From positions 288,001 through 352,000 of the IMG/VR virus record IMGVR_UViG_3300028048_000038: a stretch of DNA of 64,000 bases. The stretch is one strand, 5' to 3'. Every line of letters begins with the position of its first letter. Within the stretch, counting starts at the first letter, position 1. The notes beneath the pieces were generated by a model, which worked only from the letters and a program-made list of their open reading frames with translations, had not been told where the DNA came from and did no database searches. The position numbers and the translations under genes are program-made. Shown one piece after another: positions 57,815 through 64,000 of the stretch. This DNA comes from a virus. Its lineage: Duplodnaviria > Caudoviricetes.

Positions 57815-57846
57815 TTTGGAATTCTTAATTATTTTCTATATATTTG
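57815..57846 (+). promoter_or_regulatory. Bacteroidota primary-sigma promoter
   Basis: TTTG-N20-TATATTTG. Confidence 0.8.
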
Positions 57847-57867
57847 CCATTACAATACGTAATATCT

Positions 57868-58248
57868 ATGATGGTAAAACTACTTTTATTGATGATTCTA
57901 GCCCACATTGCGGATGATTTCTACCTCCAAGGTAACTTGGCAAAGATGAAACAGAAGGTATGGTGGGAAAAATTATTTGAATATAAGTCATTGTATAAAT
58001 ATGACTATAAAATGGCATTATTAATACATTCAATGTCTTGGTCTATAATGATATTGGTTCCAGCAATGATATTGTTGCCCACAATATCTTCATATATACT
58101 ATTTAGTATATTTATCTTCAATGCTATAATACATTATATAGTCGATAATGAAAAGTGTAATAAACTAAGAATAAACCTTATGGCTGACCAAACAATACAC
58201 CTTCTACAAGTGATTGTAACATGGGTGTTGTTATGCCAAATGTGGTAA
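57868..58248 (+). CDS. DUF3307-like membrane protein
   Basis: LAHIADDFYLQ..K..LLIHS..IHYIVD..DQTIH. Confidence 0.8.
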   Translation: MMVKLLLLMILAHIADDFYLQGNLAKMKQKVWWEKLFEYKSLYKYDYKMALLIHSMSWSIMILVPAMILLPTISSYILFSIFIFNAIIHYIVDNEKCNKLRINLMADQTIHLLQVIVTWVLLCQMW

Positions 58249-58314
58249 ATATATGTTAAATTGAGTTACAAAGGAATTGCTCATTAACAAAAACATTGAC
58301 TCTGAATACGGATT

Positions 58315-58848
58315 ATGAACGAAAAGGAATTAATATCAAAAGGTAAACATCTTGCTTTCCTTCTAAGGCACGATAAGGAAGCGTTTGAGAATGGTCTCAT
58401 TGACCATAACGGCTGGAGAAGTGTTTCAGAACTCATCAAGAATCAAGGTTATACAAAAGAACTTCTTGATGGAATTGTTGAGACAAATAATAAACAACGT
58501 TATGAATATAATGGGGACAAAACCAAGATAAGGGCAAGGCAAGGTCATTCAATTAATGTTGATGTTGGATTAACTGAAACAATACCGCCAAATACATTGT
58601 ATCACGGAACTTCAACAAAGGCATTAGAATCGATTTACAAGCAAGGAATTCTCAAAGGTGAGAGATTGTACGTCCACTTGTCAAAAGACGAAGAGACAGC
58701 CTTAAAAGTGGGTTCTAGGCACGGTACACCATATGTGCTTGAAATTAATTCTGAACAAATGTATAAGGATGGGATAAAATTCTATCTTTCAAGCAATGGA
58801 GTTTGGCTTACAGATTATGTGGATACTAAATACATAAAAAAAGCGTAG
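58315..58848 (+). CDS. kptA: RNA 2'-phosphotransferase (Tpt1/KptA)
   Basis: LLRH, KQRY, IRARQGHS, LYHGT, YVHLS, VGSRHG, NGVWLT. Confidence 0.93.
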   Translation: MNEKELISKGKHLAFLLRHDKEAFENGLIDHNGWRSVSELIKNQGYTKELLDGIVETNNKQRYEYNGDKTKIRARQGHSINVDVGLTETIPPNTLYHGTSTKALESIYKQGILKGERLYVHLSKDEETALKVGSRHGTPYVLEINSEQMYKDGIKFYLSSNGVWLTDYVDTKYIKKA

Positions 58849-58871
58849 GGAATTAAATCTCTACGCTTTTT
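58836..58871. terminator. bidirectional terminator
   Basis: aaaagcgtaggga-attaaa-tctctacgcttttt. Confidence 0.8.
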
Positions 58872-58885
58872 ATTTATAGTGTTAT

Positions 58886-61800
58886 TTAAATGTCATCAAA
58901 TGAAACTCCTTCTGGAGTGATGATGAAGTCGATTGTAATGTACTCTAATGCATTGTAAGGTTTTATGTAAATCTTACATGGAAGCTCTCTTCTCTCCCTT
59001 GACTCGATTGTATCGTTAACTTCAATTCTGTAATCAGAGATACCTCTATTGCTTCTGATGCTATCCAAGATTGGGGTTACAGTAGAAATGAATGACTGCT
59101 TAACAGTTGAATCATTTGGTTCAAAGATAAGACCAATACAAGAGATTGCAATCAACTTTCTCAATCTAAGAAGCAATCTACGAACTGCGATTCTGTTGAG
59201 CTGAGACTCGTTAATCTGTAAGTTCTTCTGGCCCCAAATCTTAGGACCGTCTTGAGCAAATGTCTTAATTGGGTTGATTCTACCCTCATAAAGAACGTCC
59301 TCATCTCCAAGCTTGGTAATGAAGTGTGCTCTCACACAATCAACGTTACCTCTTGAAATACCTGCAGGTGCGAACCAAGGATATGCTGTATTATCAGTCT
59401 GTGCAAAGTTTCTAACTGCATCCTTTGTTGCTGGAAGATAGATGTACTGATTGTTATCTTGGTCAAGATACTTAACCCAAGGATAATATGTACAACTATA
59501 GTTAGAATCAATCTCAGAATCCTCAAGATTACCAACTGCCTCATCTGGAGTGAACATTTCATCAACGTAGTCGCCAGCACCACTTGGTTTATCAGGAGTT
59601 GTAACCACATATATTGAATCAGCTCTCTCTTCCTCAATCATTTCGATTGCCTCCTCTACAAGAAGCCTATTGTTTACATAGTCTATACCTGGAGTAGCGA
59701 ATACGTTAATATCTGTTGCCTCTGGGTTAGAGAACTGTCTGATACCACTAAGGTAAGCATACCAGTCAGAGGTAATACCATTCTGATTCAATTGTAGAAG
59801 GTCTGGATTCTTAATTCTATTGAATGCATAACCCTCACCACTACCTTGGTTGATGAAGCCTCTGTACTGAGACATCTTGTAGCCATCAGTGTTGGTTCTC
59901 TGGTCTCTGTAATCATCCCATCCATCGAATCCTCCATAGAAGAATACTGTGAACTTACGAAGATTTACATACTCATAGATTGAACCGAACATATCGTCTT
60001 CAGTACCAATGATTGGTGGTTCAGACAATGTAGAAGTTCTAGAGTTTGTAGAAACGCAATCGAACTTATATCCACTTTCACCATCAACGGTGTATGCTGA
60101 GATGCCTCCATTATCAGCATCAAGTCTTGAATCAAGGTGGAAACCTCTAGTCATGAATTGTGGATTGTCAATATACGCCTTATTACCCTTGAAGGTAAAG
60201 TTGTCAATGTCTACACCAACCCAAGAAGAAAGACCGAAGTATTGTTTTCTATTCTTAATATCTGGGTCGAAGAATCTATTGTACTTTAATGTTGGGAATG
60301 CAACACTGTTTCTATCACCGTCAATTGGGAGACCGTTATACTGAGGTATAGGATAACCCAAGAAACCAGCAGGCACTGACATCTTAGCTGCTGTGGTCTC
60401 ATTTACTTCAACTGTGATGTACTTAGACTTAGATTCATATACGCCATCGAATGAGCCAATCTTATACGCAATATAGTTACTATCGCCTGGAATCATTGAG
60501 CATCTTCCAAATCTCTCAAGTGGCATAATCTGTTCATCAGCATCATCCACTCTGCGAACAATGACATCGAACAAGCCATCATCTGGTCTGATGTTCTCAA
60601 TTGATACCTTAACCTCATAGTTGGCATTGTTACCATCTGTAATTGTATGGAATCTGAACAACTTGTTAACTTCAACATGGTCAAAGTCACCCTTCAAGTT
60701 AGATACAATCCAAGGTGTAGAAGCATATCTGTATGCTGACTTGTAGTCATTCATGTCAAGCTCAACATATGCAACATCACTAGCATCCTCATTCATTCTG
60801 TAATAAAGACCGTCATAGGTGTTGAGAACCAACTTAGATGCTTTCCAATTAGTTGTATTATCGTTGTTCTTTGTTCCACCACTGAGAAGATTACCATAGA
60901 CATTGGTCAATTCAGCGCCACTAGCAATGATTTCCTCAAATCCCTCAGAATAATAACCATATTGATAAACCCTCTTACCATCAGCATTTGTATATTGCCT
61001 TACAGTGTAAATCTGTCCTGCAATAGCATCTTCACTCTTTATTTGGGTTTTTCCATTAACAACTTCAGTCAATGGCTTATTGGTCTTGTAGTTATAAGGA
61101 ACAACCTTAATGCCTAATTCATTTGATTCTTTATCAGCTAAAAATCTCATACCAACATGCTTTCTTCTAAGCGTTGTCTCAGCCATTCTCAAAAGTCCAC
61201 CAACTGGCTCATGATGACAATAATCAGCAGTATAATATACGTTAAACTGCTTCAAACTATCGTCAATCACATTAACTCTATCCTCAATGATTGCTTGGTC
61301 AAGAGCAACATCATAAAGAGACTCAACGAATATTGGAGCATCACCATCATAAGGTTTTGAGCCAAGAACGTTAAGAATGTACTCCTTATCATATGGATTA
61401 AGCGTTACTGGATACTCGAAATAACCCTTTGCAATTGCCTCTTCTCTTTCCTCAGTAGTTCCACTATATCCTTTGTTGATAATATCCCTTACCTCTGGAT
61501 TCTCTTCCGTATCACTGTATACACCTTTTACGCCAACAAGCTTGAATCTGCCGTGATTGTTCTGAGAAATATAGAAATTGGTTGAAGCGGTATCACCACT
61601 CATTCCATAACCACTACATTCATTACCATTGCTGTCCATTGGGACATAAGGCTTAATCTGAAGAGCATTCATATTATAACCGTTCTTGTCACAAATATTG
61701 GTTGCGTCACCGCTATTTGGTTTCTCACCAACAAAGTACTTAAGAACATCATATTTTGATTCCTCACAAACACAATCAGTGGTAGAACCAGTCTCATATG

Positions 61801-62227
61801 GGTTATAAGTACCTCTTGAACGGATTACAGCAACAGCAGTAGTGCCACTTGTTTGTGTGTTACCACTTTCATCTTTATATTCTTTTGAAGCTGTAACAAT
61901 CCAAGCTGGACCTGCATTATAGCCACTAAGACCGAGAACACGAACAACCTTAAGCTGCTCTGACTCGCTCAAGTAAGACTTAGCGATATAAGGCAACTCG
62001 TATTTAGGATATTGACTTCCTTTGAATTTCTCCGTACTTGTTCCACCAAACACCTCTTGGAACTCACGCCAATTAGAAATATCCATTGGCTGAAAAGCTG
62101 GACCCTTCAAGGTCTCACCAACAACACCAAGTGTTGTGATTCCAAGGCTACGAACAGCGTAGTTGATGTCTATCTCACGAGTATAGATACCCGGTGAAAC
62201 ATGTATTCCTCTTGCATTATCTGCCAT
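58886..62227 (-). CDS. contractile tail sheath protein (T4 gp18-like, enlarged)
   Basis: SPGIYTREID..GETLKGP..F..VFG; GGFDG; ATPG; YYPWV; PWFAPAG..RG; INPI..WGQK..RIAVRRLL..FEPND..EYITIDF. Confidence 0.93.
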   Translation of the reverse strand: MADNARGIHVSPGIYTREIDINYAVRSLGITTLGVVGETLKGPAFQPMDISNWREFQEVFGGTSTEKFKGSQYPKYELPYIAKSYLSESEQLKVVRVLGLSGYNAGPAWIVTASKEYKDESGNTQTSGTTAVAVIRSRGTYNPYETGSTTDCVCEESKYDVLKYFVGEKPNSGDATNICDKNGYNMNALQIKPYVPMDSNGNECSGYGMSGDTASTNFYISQNNHGRFKLVGVKGVYSDTEENPEVRDIINKGYSGTTEEREEAIAKGYFEYPVTLNPYDKEYILNVLGSKPYDGDAPIFVESLYDVALDQAIIEDRVNVIDDSLKQFNVYYTADYCHHEPVGGLLRMAETTLRRKHVGMRFLADKESNELGIKVVPYNYKTNKPLTEVVNGKTQIKSEDAIAGQIYTVRQYTNADGKRVYQYGYYSEGFEEIIASGAELTNVYGNLLSGGTKNNDNTTNWKASKLVLNTYDGLYYRMNEDASDVAYVELDMNDYKSAYRYASTPWIVSNLKGDFDHVEVNKLFRFHTITDGNNANYEVKVSIENIRPDDGLFDVIVRRVDDADEQIMPLERFGRCSMIPGDSNYIAYKIGSFDGVYESKSKYITVEVNETTAAKMSVPAGFLGYPIPQYNGLPIDGDRNSVAFPTLKYNRFFDPDIKNRKQYFGLSSWVGVDIDNFTFKGNKAYIDNPQFMTRGFHLDSRLDADNGGISAYTVDGESGYKFDCVSTNSRTSTLSEPPIIGTEDDMFGSIYEYVNLRKFTVFFYGGFDGWDDYRDQRTNTDGYKMSQYRGFINQGSGEGYAFNRIKNPDLLQLNQNGITSDWYAYLSGIRQFSNPEATDINVFATPGIDYVNNRLLVEEAIEMIEEERADSIYVVTTPDKPSGAGDYVDEMFTPDEAVGNLEDSEIDSNYSCTYYPWVKYLDQDNNQYIYLPATKDAVRNFAQTDNTAYPWFAPAGISRGNVDCVRAHFITKLGDEDVLYEGRINPIKTFAQDGPKIWGQKNLQINESQLNRIAVRRLLLRLRKLIAISCIGLIFEPNDSTVKQSFISTVTPILDSIRSNRGISDYRIEVNDTIESRERRELPCKIYIKPYNALEYITIDFIITPEGVSFDDI

Positions 62228-62307
62228 AATTCTTGAAATATTTTAATTTTATTAGTTATTTTCTTTTATATAAATATTTACTCACTTTCATTAATTCATA
62301 AGGACAT

Positions 62308-62337
62308 AAAAAAAGCAGTCAAAAAACTTGACTGCTT
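62308..62337 (-). terminator. intrinsic terminator
   Basis: aagcagtcaa..ttgactgctt plus a T run on the minus strand. Confidence 0.75.
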
Positions 62338-62369
62338 GATATTTAATTGTTTTATTTTTTGCCGCACCG

Positions 62370-62681
62370 TTATTGTTTATCTTTATAATCAGATTTCCTA
62401 AATCTTGAGTAACCTCTTGTTAATGTAGTTCCACTAGATTCACCATTTAACCAAGTAATGAGACTCCACTCAAAGTTTACCATTTTTTCCGTTTCCCATA
62501 TATTCCACATCCTAATAGTATATTCTTTCCCATCTATCGTCAGATAGATTCTATCCAAATCCCAATCATCTATTGTTATTGTTTCAGTCTTGATATTACT
62601 TCTTTTTAAAACATTCTCTGTGAATGGAATTAATAAAATGTTGTCCTTAAATTCTGAATTGTTAATAAAATTGTACTTCAT
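62370..62681 (-). CDS. hypothetical protein
   Basis: 103-aa ORF. Confidence 0.55.
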   Translation of the reverse strand: MKYNFINNSEFKDNILLIPFTENVLKRSNIKTETITIDDWDLDRIYLTIDGKEYTIRMWNIWETEKMVNFEWSLITWLNGESSGTTLTRGYSRFRKSDYKDKQ

Positions 62682-62756
62682 AAAGTATAAAAATTAAAAA
62701 TAGTTATTAGTAAAAAATCATATAAAACTTATATATAAATATTAAAAATTTTACTT

Positions 62757-64000
62757 TTATTTTAAAGACTTTCTCCATACATATTTGAATAATCCACAAT
62801 CCCAAATCCTATCATACCCAAGTTCCTTTGCCATTTCGAGTTCTGTCATCGTCATTGGAAAACCATATTTTTTACTTAATATTGACTTGCACATTGACAT
62901 TTTATGTACTCTTTTATATCTATCTATTTTTTCGTTATAATATCTATAATCTGGTTTTGTTATGTTTTCCAATTCAAACCCAAGTTTTGTATAAAGATTA
63001 TTATCACTCCAAGGTGTCCATCTTCTATCAGCAAATGATACAACTGCACTTGGTTCATAACCTCTAATAAAATAAGTAAACATTTTGCTTGCAACGCCTT
63101 GATATATATAATTGTAATCCGTAGCAAAACGCACAAGTTCCCAATCTTTATTTTTTACATTTCCATTCTTAAATGCCATTACAGCAACGAGTTTGTCTTC
63201 ATAAAAGCCTCCAAGATAAACACTACTTTTATAGAACCCTTGTATATGATATTTCTCTAAAAATTCTTTTGCATCGTTGCTTAATATTTCACGAACTTGA
63301 ATTTTACGCCCAGCTATACGTGGTAAATCATAATCTTTTTTAAGTATATGTTTTAATTTAGTTAAAACTACTTCCTTTTTATTGACATATTCATCTTCAA
63401 AAATATGAATTAACCCATAACCTTTTTCATTACATTGCTCTGTCTTTTCTGAATGATATTTATGATTTTTCTTACCAAAAAATTCTGTATGCCACTTTAA
63501 TCCGTCAAACTCAATTCCAATCCTAGCATGTGGAATAAGAATATCAATTTCTCTACCTATTAGAATTTGCCTATTAGCATCATGTTCGACACCAAGACTT
63601 GAAATATATTCACTTATTTCCCTTTCATATGAGGAAATAAATCTACTTTTAGAAACTACAAGATTTCCAAGTTTCATGTCTCTTTTTGCTTGTTCAAGCA
63701 TGTCCTTTGACATAATTGTAACATTTGGATATGCTTTTTTGAACTCAACCATGCCAATATTGTGTACATTTCTAAGATGACTATATGTTATCTTTGGCAT
63801 TTTCTTACCGCATATTGGACATATGACATAGTTATTAGGGTTTTCAAGATGTTTTTGTTTTTCTATTTCTTTTGCTTGTTTTTTGAAGTATACATAATCT
63901 TCTGGGTGATTTTTTAGATGACTTTCCACACTCATTTTATGAACTGACGTTAAATGGTGAGTAAATGCCCCACTTAAATTATTTTCATCGTTTGTTCCCC
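62757..64000 (-). CDS. Zn-finger plus Vsr-like nuclease plus GNAT/Mom-like domain protein, 5'-truncated by window edge
   Basis: Frame open to the window end; CPICG..HL..H; EIDI..IEFDGLKWH..K..IHIFEDE; AKEFLEKYHIQG..ELVRFA..GVASKM..SFADRRW..LY..LGF..IWDCG. Confidence 0.75.
   Translation of the reverse strand, partial: GTNDENNLSGAFTHHLTSVHKMSVESHLKNHPEDYVYFKKQAKEIEKQKHLENPNNYVICPICGKKMPKITYSHLRNVHNIGMVEFKKAYPNVTIMSKDMLEQAKRDMKLGNLVVSKSRFISSYEREISEYISSLGVEHDANRQILIGREIDILIPHARIGIEFDGLKWHTEFFGKKNHKYHSEKTEQCNEKGYGLIHIFEDEYVNKKEVVLTKLKHILKKDYDLPRIAGRKIQVREILSNDAKEFLEKYHIQGFYKSSVYLGGFYEDKLVAVMAFKNGNVKNKDWELVRFATDYNYIYQGVASKMFTYFIRGYEPSAVVSFADRRWTPWSDNNLYTKLGFELENITKPDYRYYNEKIDRYKRVHKMSMCKSILSKKYGFPMTMTELEMAKELGYDRIWDCGLFKYVWRKSLK

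Noticed and set aside
38238-62227. Bacterial T6SS or extracellular contractile injection system locus
   Set aside because: Interspersed phage replication genes, neck protein, homing endonucleases and phage-type promoters indicate a true phage genome; no membrane-complex or ClpV genes were seen.
1-64000. Stop-codon reassignment (TAG to Gln) as in Lak/crAss-type Bacteroidota phages
   Set aside because: Very long ORFs (2117, 1147, 1113 aa) have no in-frame TAG, coding density is high in the standard code, and TAG ends several complete genes (e.g. SSB at DDLPF*, kptA).
1-64000. CRISPR array, tRNA or rRNA genes
   Set aside because: No regularly spaced repeats or cloverleaf motifs were seen by eye and intergenic gaps are short; tRNAscan/Infernal were not run.

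Overview
This is a 64-kb segment of an AT-rich jumbo myovirus-type phage using the standard genetic code. The host is very likely Bacteroidota: seven promoters match the Bacteroidota TTTG-N19/20-TAnnTTTG consensus. The window holds a T4-like contractile-tail module: sheath, tube plus a tube paralogue, chaperone pair, tape measure, an OmpA-domain baseplate protein, a 2117-aa hub with lysozyme and amidase domains, spike, neck and tail terminator. It also carries replication and nucleotide genes (SNF2 helicase, RecA/UvsX, gp32-like SSB, thymidine kinase, GMP-reductase-like enzyme, PhoH), a sigma-like factor, four glycosyltransferases, Tpt1/KptA, three free-standing Vsr/PD-(D/E)XK endonucleases and one intact tnpB-only IS605-family element. 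The best candidate for a new system is a set of about ten otherwise unrelated proteins, mostly behind a shared ATATTTATA upstream motif. They carry a short amphipathic (I/L)xE tag (e.g. IIRLTESDLHxIVxETV), which is fused to a protein kinase, an ArdC-like metallopeptidase and a SprT protease. This suggests a modular head-packaging and cleavage address for injected effectors. All protein calls come from motif recognition by eye; no database searches were run.
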